This document shows positions 47,671 to 57,835 of a stretch of DNA of 64,000 nucleotides, piece after piece; position 1 is the first letter of the stretch, and the number at the start of each line of letters is the position of its first letter. The position numbers and the translations under genes were made by a program. The notes beneath the pieces are model-generated. The model saw only the letters and a list, made by a program, of their open reading frames with translations. It was not told where the DNA came from and did not search any database. The DNA is from an uncultured virus (IMG/VR IMGVR_UViG_3300012919_001127). Lineage: Duplodnaviria; Heunggongvirae; Uroviricota; Caudoviricetes. The stretch lies in IMG/VR virus record IMGVR_UViG_3300012919_001127, positions 1-64,000 of that record. One strand, 5' to 3'.

Positions 47671-48845
47671 TGAGCAAAACAATTTGTATTTTACCATGGA
47701 TTCATATGTACGTCAATGCCGACGGAAATGTTTTGCCTTGTTGCATAGGTGATTATAAACAACCTCTAGGTAATACACACAACAGAAGCATAGAAGATAT
47801 ATGGAACAGCCATGAATACAAAACATTAAGAAAACAATTAATGAATGGTGAAAAGCCTAGTGTATGTCATCAGTGCTGGAAACACGAAGAAGCAGGCAAC
47901 AACAGTTCACGCATCAGTAACAACAAAAGATTCAAAGAAGACTTTCATATTGTGGATAAAACAAATACTGATGGTAGCTTAGACACCATGGATCTACGAT
48001 ACTTTGATGTGCGTTGGAGCAATATTTGTAATTTTAAATGCAGAACTTGTAGTGCAACATACAGCAGTAATTGGGCAGTTGAAGATAATCAACATGGAGA
48101 CAACAAACCTGTGTACATATTTGCAGGAGGTGACAGCAACGATAGTTTATACAATCAGTTTAAACCTCACTTTAAAAACATAAAAGTTTTTTATTTTGCA
48201 GGTGGTGAGCCATTAATGACTGACAAGCATTATGAAATATTAGAACATTTAATTGAGACAGGCAACACAAAAGTTACATTAGAATACAATTCAAACGTAA
48301 GTAGATTAAAATACAAAAACAAAAGCATAATAGATTTATGGAACAAGTTTGAAAATGTTACTGTAAGTGCAAGTTTAGACAGTTGGGGATCACGTGCAGA
48401 ATACATACGTGAAGGAACTGACTGGGACAAAGTTGAAAGCAATTTGCAAACAATTAAAGAAAAATGTCCACACGTTAAGATAAGTTTTAACACAGTTGTA
48501 AGCATTTTTAATTTATGCACTCTAACAGATTTTTTAAAATACATCACAGCAAGGGGATTCAACACAAACAATGGCAGTTTGTATAACATTGTTGATCCTA
48601 ATTATTATAGTGTTAGTGCCATGCCACAACAACTTAAAAACACAGCCAAAAGCAAGATTGAAGATTACATGAACGACAATCCTGGCAAATTTTCACATCA
48701 ACTTAAAGGTGTTTTGCGTTACATAGACAATAGCAAGTTTGATGAAAATGCTTATAAGCTATTCAAAGCAAAAACTTTTTATTATGATAAAATTAGGAAT
48801 AGAGATTTTGTTGAAACATTTCCTGAATTAGTAGATGTAATTTAA
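47670..48845 (+). CDS. Radical SAM protein with N-terminal SPASM/twitch-like domain
   Basis: CILPWIH...G.V.PCC, CHQC, CNFKCRTC, AGGEP. Confidence 0.92.
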   Translation: MSKTICILPWIHMYVNADGNVLPCCIGDYKQPLGNTHNRSIEDIWNSHEYKTLRKQLMNGEKPSVCHQCWKHEEAGNNSSRISNNKRFKEDFHIVDKTNTDGSLDTMDLRYFDVRWSNICNFKCRTCSATYSSNWAVEDNQHGDNKPVYIFAGGDSNDSLYNQFKPHFKNIKVFYFAGGEPLMTDKHYEILEHLIETGNTKVTLEYNSNVSRLKYKNKSIIDLWNKFENVTVSASLDSWGSRAEYIREGTDWDKVESNLQTIKEKCPHVKISFNTVVSIFNLCTLTDFLKYITARGFNTNNGSLYNIVDPNYYSVSAMPQQLKNTAKSKIEDYMNDNPGKFSHQLKGVLRYIDNSKFDENAYKLFKAKTFYYDKIRNRDFVETFPELVDVI

Positions 48846-49720
48846 ACTAAAGTTAATCTATTGTCCGGTTGAGATGGTGCTACAATTTTAGTTTCGTAAA
48901 AAAACATTTTCATCCAACGTTCATTCATCTTGTATACATTGAAGAATTCTTGTCTTATTTCATATGGCCTTGCCGCGTCTTGCAGTAGTTTCTTCCATTT
49001 ATCAAATGCTTCACTTACTGCGGCATCAGTAGTATCTTTCCAGTCATGTTTAAAAACTTCTTTCAGGTAAGCATAATGTTCAAAAGGATTAGGATGTCCA
49101 TCTTTGAAATATCTGTTTATTAATTTAGAATCTTGTTTAAATTTTTTCTTAAGTTGATTGCTGTATAAAACATCATAGAAGCTGGGTATTAGATTCTCTA
49201 ATGTTTCATGATACAATGCGTGTAACTTATTAAGTTCAATATCTTCTTTCTTAGTCTCCAGATCCCATTGATCTTTAAATGCTGTAATATCCAACATTTG
49301 TAAAAAGTGCCATTGTGTTTTATGTTTTAGCATTTCATGAGCCGCCTTTATAAAAGCATAGTCACGCAAAGATGCACCATACTCTGTAAAGTATTTGCGT
49401 ACAAATTCTAAATCATATGTTGTTTGTGAATATATGTTTCCAGGCGTAAGCCATTCATCTGTGTATCTATCTTCTCTGCTTACATTAGTCCATTGTACCA
49501 TAACTAGATCTTCATGTGTAAAATTATACATGGCATCTGCCTGCATTAGTGAATTGAATATGTAATAATTACCTGCACCTGCTCTGCCAAAGTTGTAAAA
49601 TTCAATTGGCTCTAATTCTTTCGCAAGTACGTTTGCCCATGTGCCCCAGTTGTATCCTGTGAAGCTACAACCAAATGTAAACAATCGTTTGGGCTGATTA
49701 TGTATTAATACTTTTTTCAT
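48842..49720 (-). CDS. SGNH-hydrolase-like protein
   Basis: FGCSFT, NFGRAGAGN, VQWT...RED, DGHP...H. Confidence 0.6.
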   Translation of the reverse strand: MKKVLIHNQPKRLFTFGCSFTGYNWGTWANVLAKELEPIEFYNFGRAGAGNYYIFNSLMQADAMYNFTHEDLVMVQWTNVSREDRYTDEWLTPGNIYSQTTYDLEFVRKYFTEYGASLRDYAFIKAAHEMLKHKTQWHFLQMLDITAFKDQWDLETKKEDIELNKLHALYHETLENLIPSFYDVLYSNQLKKKFKQDSKLINRYFKDGHPNPFEHYAYLKEVFKHDWKDTTDAAVSEAFDKWKKLLQDAARPYEIRQEFFNVYKMNERWMKMFFYETKIVAPSQPDNRLTLV

Positions 49721-50987
49721 CTGCTAACTTTCTCATTAAACATACTGCTTGTTTGAATTGTTTTTTCTTGTACTTACCTTTTAACATAACTTCAAAATTG
49801 TGTTTAAGGACATCTGAATTTTGAAATTTCCAATTGATTTGTCTATCTAAAGGCATCTTCCTTATATTATCAATTATGCCTTGGCATTGTGTCCATAATG
49901 CTCTCCATCTTTTTGTGTTGTCTTTTATGTCATCAAAACTTAAATTAAACCAATCCTTGTAAGTGCGATAACCATAATCATTTAGTTTTTGATTTGCTCC
50001 TGGCTGTCCCCATATCACAAAAGGTTGCATATGGTACATACTTCTAAAAGTCTTTTCACTCCAGAACAAACTAGTACCTAAGTAATCTTCTACAAACGTT
50101 TCGTTTACTATTTGAAATAAAGTTGAATCATGCAAATTGCTGTGCAATCCAAGTGCATGATTAGTTTTAAAATCTTCTGTGTCAACTGTAAGTGGTAATG
50201 CTTTTTTAAATTTACCAAGATGCTTTTCTGTAATACCACTGTTCTTAGGCAAATTATTTGAGTAAAAATTAAGGTTGTCTGTAATTTGATCGTGGCTTAC
50301 AAGTCCGTCTTTGAAATATTCACTGTTAAAAATATCATATGCACTTAAAGTTCTGTGAGGCCTATTAACTCTGCTTAGGCTTAAAAATATTTTACCAAAC
50401 TTTTCATCTCTGTATAATTTTTTTGTTTGTTCTACACTGGTGTTAAATCTTTTATGAATTACATCAGCATAAGGAAAGTTTTTATCATTTAAAGGAATTG
50501 TGGATATTTCAACTTGTCCTTGTACCCCAAGTATCATAGGTTCAAAATTTAAGTATGGAAAAACATTAATACTTTTTTCTATTCTATGTACCATATTGTA
50601 TCTTGTTAGGTTTTCAACATCTTTCATATTACTGCTGAAAAAGAAAATTCTTTCAGGATCAACTCCATATATTTTTGCATTGTGGTACAGCATATCATAA
50701 TATGGTTCTTGGTGTATTGTGCTGAATCCTTCTGTACTTGCATCAAACACAAAAAAAGTTTTTTTATTCTTACGTAATTTTTTACGAGCTTTTGGTTTAA
50801 TATATTGGAATATATCAGTGGTTGTCGTCCATTGTTTTGGATATGAAATAAGCACACACATCACTGTGATATCGTCACTAGGTATTTGGTTTAGGACAAA
50901 TGCTTCACGTAAATTAACAGTCGTAAGAGTAAATGTAGGTTCTACTACATATTGGTTCTGTGTTAGAAAGCCGTGAATGTGTTCCAT
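49698..50987 (-). CDS. Hypothetical protein, possibly glycosyltransferase-related
   Basis: LSLSR..RPHR, IVNET, SEKTFR...QPFVI.G motifs (SEK is reminiscent of GT10-like folds). Confidence 0.45.
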   Translation of the reverse strand: MEHIHGFLTQNQYVVEPTFTLTTVNLREAFVLNQIPSDDITVMCVLISYPKQWTTTTDIFQYIKPKARKKLRKNKKTFFVFDASTEGFSTIHQEPYYDMLYHNAKIYGVDPERIFFFSSNMKDVENLTRYNMVHRIEKSINVFPYLNFEPMILGVQGQVEISTIPLNDKNFPYADVIHKRFNTSVEQTKKLYRDEKFGKIFLSLSRVNRPHRTLSAYDIFNSEYFKDGLVSHDQITDNLNFYSNNLPKNSGITEKHLGKFKKALPLTVDTEDFKTNHALGLHSNLHDSTLFQIVNETFVEDYLGTSLFWSEKTFRSMYHMQPFVIWGQPGANQKLNDYGYRTYKDWFNLSFDDIKDNTKRWRALWTQCQGIIDNIRKMPLDRQINWKFQNSDVLKHNFEVMLKGKYKKKQFKQAVCLMRKLADEKSINT

Positions 50988-51003
50988 AGTGTTTAATTTT
51001 CCA

Positions 51004-51023
51004 TAAATACTACTATATTTATA
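51004..51023. promoter_or_regulatory. Pair of late promoters (TAAATA + 51004-51009; TATAAATA - 51016-51023)
   Basis: Both motifs lie in the 62-nt gap between divergent genes. Confidence 0.7.
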
Positions 51024-51049
51024 TACGCATTTAATGGTAGGAGATTAGT

Positions 51050-52222
51050 GTGAAGATTAGTTTTTTAGGACTAGGTAAACTAGGTTTACCTTGTGCAGAA
51101 GCAGTTGCACAAAAAAATCATGATGTAACAGGTTATGATGTAGTAAATGTAAAAAGTGACCTTGTTGCAGTAAAACAAACAATCAGAGAAGCTGTACAGG
51201 ATAGAGACATTGTCTTTGTTGCTGTACCAACACCACACCACCCTGACTATGATGGTCGTCAACCTACCGCACATTTAGAGCCAAAAGATTTTTCTTATGA
51301 TATAGTAATTGATGTATTGCGTGAAGCCGACAGGCATATGAATAATAAACAATTATTAGTTTTAATATCAACAGTTTTACCTGGAACGACTAGACGTGAA
51401 TTTGTACCATTAATAAAAAATGCAAGATTCATTTATAATCCTTATCTCATTGCTATGGGTACAGTGGCATGGGATATGGTCAACCCTGAGATGGTAATGG
51501 TAGGCACTGAAGACGGAACCAAGACAGGTGATGCAAAACAATTAATTGACTTTTATGCAACAGTGATGGAAAATCACCCTAGGTATGAGGTAGGTACTTG
51601 GGACGAGTGCGAGTGTATTAAAATATTTTACAACACATTCATAAGCATGAAGATAGGATTTGTAAACATGATACAAGACGTTGCTGAAAAACAAGGCAAC
51701 ATTGATGTTGATGTAGTGACAGAAGCACTTGCGTCAAGCAAACAAAGAATAATAAGCAAACGTTACATGACAGCAGGAATGGGCGATGGAGGTGCTTGTC
51801 ACCCAAGGGACAATATTGCATTACGTTGGATGGCACAAAAATTAGATCTCAAGTATGATATATTTGATGCAATCATGAATGCAAGAGAAGTACAAGCAAA
51901 AAATTTAGCTATGTATCTTGTAAAATTAGCTGAAGAGAATGATTTACCAATCATGTTAAATGGTGTTGCATACAAACCAGGAGTGCCATATGTAGATGGT
52001 AGTTACAGTTTACTGGTTGGTCATTATTGTAAAGAATTAGGATATGACTGTATGAAAGTTGATCCTCATGTGTTTCCAGACAAAGGCCCTTATAGTGCGG
52101 TGGTGCTATTGGCACATGAAGAATTGTATTGTAAATTAAATGACGACAGCATCATTGTTGATCCATGGAGAAACTTCCAATCAAAAACATTTAAAGTAAT
52201 ACATTACGGAAATACTAGATGA
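51050..52222 (+). CDS. ugd: UDP-glucose/GDP-mannose family 6-dehydrogenase
   Basis: GLGKLG Rossmann, VAVPTP, ISTVLPGT, YNP, KIFYN, GGACHPRD catalytic Cys, AYKP. Confidence 0.88.
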   Translation: MKISFLGLGKLGLPCAEAVAQKNHDVTGYDVVNVKSDLVAVKQTIREAVQDRDIVFVAVPTPHHPDYDGRQPTAHLEPKDFSYDIVIDVLREADRHMNNKQLLVLISTVLPGTTRREFVPLIKNARFIYNPYLIAMGTVAWDMVNPEMVMVGTEDGTKTGDAKQLIDFYATVMENHPRYEVGTWDECECIKIFYNTFISMKIGFVNMIQDVAEKQGNIDVDVVTEALASSKQRIISKRYMTAGMGDGGACHPRDNIALRWMAQKLDLKYDIFDAIMNAREVQAKNLAMYLVKLAEENDLPIMLNGVAYKPGVPYVDGSYSLLVGHYCKELGYDCMKVDPHVFPDKGPYSAVVLLAHEELYCKLNDDSIIVDPWRNFQSKTFKVIHYGNTR

Positions 52223-53097
52223 GTAGAATATTAATATGCGGCGACAGTAATAGTCTGGGCGAATGGGGGACAGTGATTCCTGGACCAGCTGTGGCAAACA
52301 ATGACCATCCAGATATATTTAAACCATACAACAAAGAAGAATATTTAAAAGAACCTCATGCAAAACCTTTCAATGTAGTGTGGCCAGGGTTTGGTTATGA
52401 ATTAGATCAAAAAGGTCATGCAACAGTAAATTATAGCATAGGCGGTGGAACTAATATTGAGGCAATATTCAAAGTTGAAGAAGCACTAGGACTTGCTCCA
52501 CCATTTACCAGTCCTGTATTTTACAGCCCTGATGTTATAATACTCATGCTGACTGAGCCTATACGAGATTTGACTCCACCACGTTGGCCTCCAGAAGCAG
52601 GTTTAAAAGACTTAGAAAAATATTACGTGCAAAGAGATGAAGCTGTAAAACAAGCAACAAGTATAAAAGATTTAAATGATAGATTGTTAAAAATAATCTT
52701 TGATGGAGCTCAAAAAATATACAACGAAACAAACATTCCTTGGATAATAATTGAAGGTTGGGGAAAATGTCCTGCTATTGACGACTACACTTTCATAAAA
52801 TATATCCACAAAGATTGGATGTCTAAATTACTAGGACATGAGATACCATTAATGAGCAGTTGGCCAACTGTTAATTTATTACGCAGAGCAAGACCAGATC
52901 TTGCAGATGCTAGTGCAACAAAATTTTTACAAAAACATTTACCTATAGAGCAAAAGGAAACAGAATTTAAAAAAATAGTTGACGATTATGAACGCACAAT
53001 AAACACCATGCAGGAACACAAACAGTTTCCAGACAACTGTCATCCTGATAGATTCATACATCAACAACTTGCTAAAGAATTGGAACCTTATGTATGA
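52219..53097 (+). CDS. SGNH/GDSL-like protein
   Basis: ILICGDSNS, N.SIGGG.N, DNCHP...H. Confidence 0.6.
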   Translation: MSRILICGDSNSLGEWGTVIPGPAVANNDHPDIFKPYNKEEYLKEPHAKPFNVVWPGFGYELDQKGHATVNYSIGGGTNIEAIFKVEEALGLAPPFTSPVFYSPDVIILMLTEPIRDLTPPRWPPEAGLKDLEKYYVQRDEAVKQATSIKDLNDRLLKIIFDGAQKIYNETNIPWIIIEGWGKCPAIDDYTFIKYIHKDWMSKLLGHEIPLMSSWPTVNLLRRARPDLADASATKFLQKHLPIEQKETEFKKIVDDYERTINTMQEHKQFPDNCHPDRFIHQQLAKELEPYV

Positions 53098-53773
53098 TAT
53101 ATGTTTCATAAGTTATAACGAACCTGACGCAGAGGAAAGATACGAAAAGCTATCTAAACGTTTCCCTAGAATAAAAAGGGTACACGGCGTCAAAGGTATT
53201 CATCAAGCTCACATCACTGCCGCAAAGAAATGCTCAACAAAAATGTTTTGGGTCATAGATGGTGATGCTGACTTGTTACCCGAATTCAATTTGGATCATG
53301 TTGTGAACGAATATGATTTAGATTGTGTCCATGTGTGGCGTAGCCGAAATCCTATCAACGATTTAGTCTATGGTTATGGTGGCGTAAAACTCCTACCAAG
53401 ACGACTAACCATGAACGTAGATGTAAACAGCAGTGATATGACTACTTCAATATCAGATAGGTTCAAGGCTATGCCAGACGTGAGTAACGTTACTTGTTTT
53501 AACACAGATGAATTTAGCACTTGGAAAAGTGCATTTAGAGAATGTGCAAAATTAAGTAGCAAAACAATTAACAGACAAGAAGAAGGAGAAACAAATGAAA
53601 GACTTAAAATATGGACCACTAAAGCTAATGGAAGATTTTGTGAATTTGCGATTCGAGGTGCTAATGCTGGTATGGAGTTTGGCCTTTCTGATGGGGTTGA
53701 CCTTCGGCTAATAAATGACTTTGACTGGTTACGTCAACGTTTTCATATGGATGAAATGAATGATACCATTTAA
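53090..53773 (+). CDS. Putative glycosyltransferase (GT-A-like), paralog of 44497
   Basis: MYDICFISYNEP, RVHGVKGIHQAH, WVIDGD, WKSAFRE; start moved to ATG 53090. Confidence 0.55.
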   Translation: MYDICFISYNEPDAEERYEKLSKRFPRIKRVHGVKGIHQAHITAAKKCSTKMFWVIDGDADLLPEFNLDHVVNEYDLDCVHVWRSRNPINDLVYGYGGVKLLPRRLTMNVDVNSSDMTTSISDRFKAMPDVSNVTCFNTDEFSTWKSAFRECAKLSSKTINRQEEGETNERLKIWTTKANGRFCEFAIRGANAGMEFGLSDGVDLRLINDFDWLRQRFHMDEMNDTI

Positions 53774-54722
53774 AAGGATTCAGAAACTAGGACATACTAA
53801 TATGTTAAACAAGAAGTTGTTTAATGTAAGCTGGATCCTTGGACGTTTTTGTAATTATGATTGTAGTTATTGTTGGCCCTATGCAAGAAGTAAAACACTT
53901 GATCATAGACCCTTTGAAGTTTACACAAGAACAATAGATGAAATAAAACGTCAAGCAAAAGCAAATGGATTTGACCAGTTTCATTTTAGTTTTAGTGGAG
54001 GCGAACCAACTACATACAAAAAATTTATAGATCTAGTTAATCACTATGAGGACTTTGAAAGTGAATATCTAAGCATACACATGACAAGTAATTGTAGTCC
54101 GGGTAAGCGTTGGTGGAAACGCTGGCTTGATGCAACACATTATCTAGATAGAAGAAGCATCACTGCAAGTTTTCATGCAGAATTTGCCGATGAAAAAGAA
54201 TTTGGTGATAAACTTTTATATTTACAGGACAACGATGTCCTTGTAACAATCAATCAGGTAATGGTGCCTGAACACTGGGAGGAATATTATGAACGAAGTA
54301 AACGTTTTGGTGATAGGGGGCTTCACGTTACACTCAAGCCTCAGTCTGATCCTACTGCTAGTTTTGTCGTGGGCGGTTATACGGAAGAGCAAAAAAACAT
54401 ATTGCAACAGGACAATCAACAAACCACACCGCAAATCATCTTGCAAGATGATAATGGAATAGAGTATTGGATTGATCAAGCAGAAAGATTAAATGCTTAT
54501 GGCTTCAATAAATTTAAAGATTGGAACTGTTGGGCAGGTTATCAAAGTTGTATAATACGAGAACCAGGCGGTGAAGTTAAACGTGCATATAGTTGCCATG
54601 ATGAGCCTTTAGGCACGTTAGACGACGGATTTGAGCTGTTTAAAGCACCAATGCCGTGCGTTACTCCGACCTGTGTAAGTAGTGCTGATAGCAAGATACC
54701 AAAGGAGAGAGTCAATGTATAA
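53760..54722 (+). CDS. Radical SAM protein with C-terminal Cys cluster
   Basis: CNYDCSYC, SGGEPT, WNCWAG, C..P.C. Confidence 0.9.
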   Translation: MIPFKRIQKLGHTNMLNKKLFNVSWILGRFCNYDCSYCWPYARSKTLDHRPFEVYTRTIDEIKRQAKANGFDQFHFSFSGGEPTTYKKFIDLVNHYEDFESEYLSIHMTSNCSPGKRWWKRWLDATHYLDRRSITASFHAEFADEKEFGDKLLYLQDNDVLVTINQVMVPEHWEEYYERSKRFGDRGLHVTLKPQSDPTASFVVGGYTEEQKNILQQDNQQTTPQIILQDDNGIEYWIDQAERLNAYGFNKFKDWNCWAGYQSCIIREPGGEVKRAYSCHDEPLGTLDDGFELFKAPMPCVTPTCVSSADSKIPKERVNV

Positions 54723-55266
54723 AATGGTTGAATGGAATGAAACTTTGGATCTAGAAGAATTTTATCAGGAAGCAGAAAGAAGGGGTCATAGGAACAATGC
54801 AAATCAAAAATCTATGATTGATTGTTTTAAAAATGAAGACAAATGGAATGCGTGGATATTGTACAAACATGAAAAAGCTATTGGTAGTGTTGTTGCACAT
54901 ACATTTCCTGAAATGAATGGATATAGAATACTTGCAAGAACCTGTGTGTTGGATGGAGTGCGTGACGGAAAAGGATTAGGAACTGGTAGAAGATACATAG
55001 TTGAACATCAAAATTTAACAAGTCAATATTTTGTTCCGACTTGTATAGAGTGGTGTGGTGTAGATTCAGATATGTATGTAACCAGCAACAACGAAGAAGC
55101 AGGTTCACAGAGGTTAGTAAATAAAATATACTTTCCTTTGTTAGAAAAGCAAGGTGAATTTAGTAAAGTAAAGGAAATAAATTATAGAAACACAGAACAG
55201 ATTGTTTGGAAACTAAACGCACATAAGTTTTTAGAAAATTTAAGAAAGTACCCATGTATAAAATAG
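54715..55266 (+). CDS. Hypothetical protein, possibly GNAT acetyltransferase-like
   Basis: AGGAG RBS before ATG 54715; RDGKGLG resembles the GNAT acetyl-CoA loop. Confidence 0.4.
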   Translation: MYKMVEWNETLDLEEFYQEAERRGHRNNANQKSMIDCFKNEDKWNAWILYKHEKAIGSVVAHTFPEMNGYRILARTCVLDGVRDGKGLGTGRRYIVEHQNLTSQYFVPTCIEWCGVDSDMYVTSNNEEAGSQRLVNKIYFPLLEKQGEFSKVKEINYRNTEQIVWKLNAHKFLENLRKYPCIK

Positions 55267-56246
55267 AAGATATCAAAGCAATACATTTAGAAGTCACAAG
55301 TAGGTGTCAAGCAAAGTGTCCTATGTGTGCAAGACGTATCAATGGAGGTCCTTTGAATCCTTTTATGGGGTTAGATGAAATAAGCATAGACAAATTTATG
55401 GAATGGTTTCCAATAGACTTTATAAAACAACTTAATCATCTTGCAATATGTGGTAACTTAGGTGATCCTATTGTCGCAAAAGATACTTTGCCTATATACG
55501 AATATTTGAGAGAAGCAAATCCTACCATGACTTTACAAATGCACACAAACGGAAGTGGTAGAACTAAAGAGTGGTGGCAAAAAATTGCAAAACTACGAGT
55601 ACAAACTGTTTTTGCAATAGATGGACTAGCAGATACTCATGCCAAGTATAGAATAAACACTGATTGGAAAAAAATAATTGACAATGTAATGACTTTTGTT
55701 GATGCTGGTGGAAAAGCAAGATGGGATATGCTAGTGTTCCAACACAATGAACATCAAGTTGAAGAGTGTAGAACTTTATCGCAAAGATTAGGTATGGAAA
55801 GTTTCACTATAAAACACACAACACGTTTTAAAGATGGTAAGTTTGATGTTCTTAATGAACAAGGACAAACAATAGATACATTATATCCAACAGAATTAAG
55901 TAAAAAGATGATGGGCAAGGTTAAAAAAGCATCTGCTGAACAGCTACCTACAATAAAATGCAAAGCAGTGAAGGATAGTATGCTGTATGTAAGTGCTTTA
56001 GGTAGTGTAACTCCTTGTTGTTGGTTAGATCAGCAGTTTTATCCGCATACACATGAGAATAGAATAGATTACATGAACAAAATTAAGGTTTGGCCTAACT
56101 TAAATAATACTACTATGAAAGATATATTTGCAAGTGGCTACTTTGACCTTATAGCTGGTTGTTGGAATACAACAGGCTTGAAAGAATGTTCAAAACAATG
56201 TGGCAGTTTTGACAAATTAAATGAACAATTCGTAGAAAGGACGTAA
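55254..56246 (+). CDS. Radical SAM protein with C-terminal SPASM/twitch domain
   Basis: CQAKCPMC, GNLGDP, HTNG, G.V.PCC, C...C. Confidence 0.9.
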   Translation: MYKIEDIKAIHLEVTSRCQAKCPMCARRINGGPLNPFMGLDEISIDKFMEWFPIDFIKQLNHLAICGNLGDPIVAKDTLPIYEYLREANPTMTLQMHTNGSGRTKEWWQKIAKLRVQTVFAIDGLADTHAKYRINTDWKKIIDNVMTFVDAGGKARWDMLVFQHNEHQVEECRTLSQRLGMESFTIKHTTRFKDGKFDVLNEQGQTIDTLYPTELSKKMMGKVKKASAEQLPTIKCKAVKDSMLYVSALGSVTPCCWLDQQFYPHTHENRIDYMNKIKVWPNLNNTTMKDIFASGYFDLIAGCWNTTGLKECSKQCGSFDKLNEQFVERT

Positions 56247-56247
56247 A

Positions 56248-56538
56248 ATGATATTTTGGATAGGATTTACAGTGATGGTGTTGAATGAAGGATTTGTAAT
56301 AATGCGTCATGTACACCCTTGGTTTGCTAACAAAAGAGATCATCTAATTGCAACGTATGGTGCGAAGTGGAAAAAGTTTCACGCAACACTTGATTACGTA
56401 TGGATAGGTGGTGTCAGTTTAGGAATACTGTTAGATTTTTCTAATTGGAAATTATATGCAACAGCATTAGGAATCTTTTGGGGTATAGTTGCCGTAGGTG
56501 TTTACTTACCACTGTTAATAAAGAAACTTAAAAAATGA
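56248..56538 (+). CDS. Small membrane protein
   Basis: 96 aa, about three hydrophobic segments. Confidence 0.6.
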   Translation: MIFWIGFTVMVLNEGFVIMRHVHPWFANKRDHLIATYGAKWKKFHATLDYVWIGGVSLGILLDFSNWKLYATALGIFWGIVAVGVYLPLLIKKLKK

Positions 56539-57272
56539 AAAAGAAAACACTTGCATACATAATTGGCGGTGAAGCTAGATTGGTAGCAGAAACGTTTAGA
56601 CAAGATGAAATTTATCAACAGTTGTGTGAGAAGTACAAGGTGCATACGTATATACACAGTTGGACACAGCTTGGTAGATGGACCAAAGCGAATGAAAAGT
56701 ATCGTTTTGGTACAAGGCCAGAAACCTCAAAGTTTTATCCGCCTGATTTTGAGATAGTAAAAAATTACAGGGAAGTTATCATGGAAGAGTATAGCATATA
56801 CAATCCTAGGTTTATTGAAGTTGAAGATTATGATACATCTTTCAATGTTGAAAACTTTCCTTGTGGACAATATATTAGCAGGGCAAAAGCATTTAGAAGC
56901 ATAGCTGGATTTAATTTAAAGAACGCAGAAAAATACGATTATGTTTGGTTAGGAAGATCTGATGCGGCGGGCAAAGGTCAGTTGCCAGAGTTTCAAAAAG
57001 GCAAAATACATTGTCCTGAAATAAGTTTTGATGACAACATTTTTAGAGCCGAAGATTGGTATTATGCAGGACCATATGATATGTTTAAAAATTTAGTTGT
57101 ATGGGCAGATGATCCTATTACATCAATACAATCGATAATTAACAATCCTTGGATTATGGAATTAGGAGATAGAGTAAAGAATACACACGTTTGGCAAGCC
57201 ATACTTACTGGTGATGCAGGAGAAAATATTTTTTTAAGAGATGAAATAAAATGGAAACTGTTAACTTACTAA
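56535..57272 (+). CDS. Hypothetical protein (possibly glycosyltransferase-like)
   Basis: GG.AR, YIHSW, YDYV..GRSD, DWYYAG. Confidence 0.45.
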   Translation: MKKKTLAYIIGGEARLVAETFRQDEIYQQLCEKYKVHTYIHSWTQLGRWTKANEKYRFGTRPETSKFYPPDFEIVKNYREVIMEEYSIYNPRFIEVEDYDTSFNVENFPCGQYISRAKAFRSIAGFNLKNAEKYDYVWLGRSDAAGKGQLPEFQKGKIHCPEISFDDNIFRAEDWYYAGPYDMFKNLVVWADDPITSIQSIINNPWIMELGDRVKNTHVWQAILTGDAGENIFLRDEIKWKLLTY

Positions 57273-57835
57273 TACTTGATTACGATGGCACACTTGCAGA
57301 TTGCAAGGAACTGCATCAACAGGCTTTTAGAAAGGCTTGTATGAAAGTGAATAACGCAATACGTTATACTGACGAAGAAGTAGAAGGAATGCCTACCTTT
57401 GTTAAGATTGATTATTTGAAAGCAAAAGGATATCAGTTTGACGAAACACTATTAATGGATCTTAAACAAGAATATACAATGAATGATATTAGCAAATATG
57501 TTAAGTTTGATCAAGAACTAAAAGATATATTTGTTAGATTAAGCAAAAAATATAGACTTGCAGTTTGTTCAAATGCTACTCGTAAATTTGTAGATAAAAG
57601 TTTAGCAATACAAAAGTTAGATATGTTTGAGCCTGTGTGTACAGCAACAGAACACAAACCTAAACCAGAAGTTGATATGTATTACAATGCCATGTATCAT
57701 TACGGAGTATCGCCAATGCAAACAGTAATATTTGAAGATAGTCCACTAGGAATACAAGCGGCAACTTCAACCACGGCTACTGTAAAGCAAGTTAAAAATG
57801 TAGAACATTTAAAGGGGTTGTTGAATGAGTATTAA
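57251..57835 (+). CDS. HAD-superfamily phosphatase
   Basis: LDYDGTL, CSN, KP.P, IFEDS..G. Confidence 0.88.
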   Translation: METVNLLILDYDGTLADCKELHQQAFRKACMKVNNAIRYTDEEVEGMPTFVKIDYLKAKGYQFDETLLMDLKQEYTMNDISKYVKFDQELKDIFVRLSKKYRLAVCSNATRKFVDKSLAIQKLDMFEPVCTATEHKPKPEVDMYYNAMYHYGVSPMQTVIFEDSPLGIQAATSTTATVKQVKNVEHLKGLLNEY

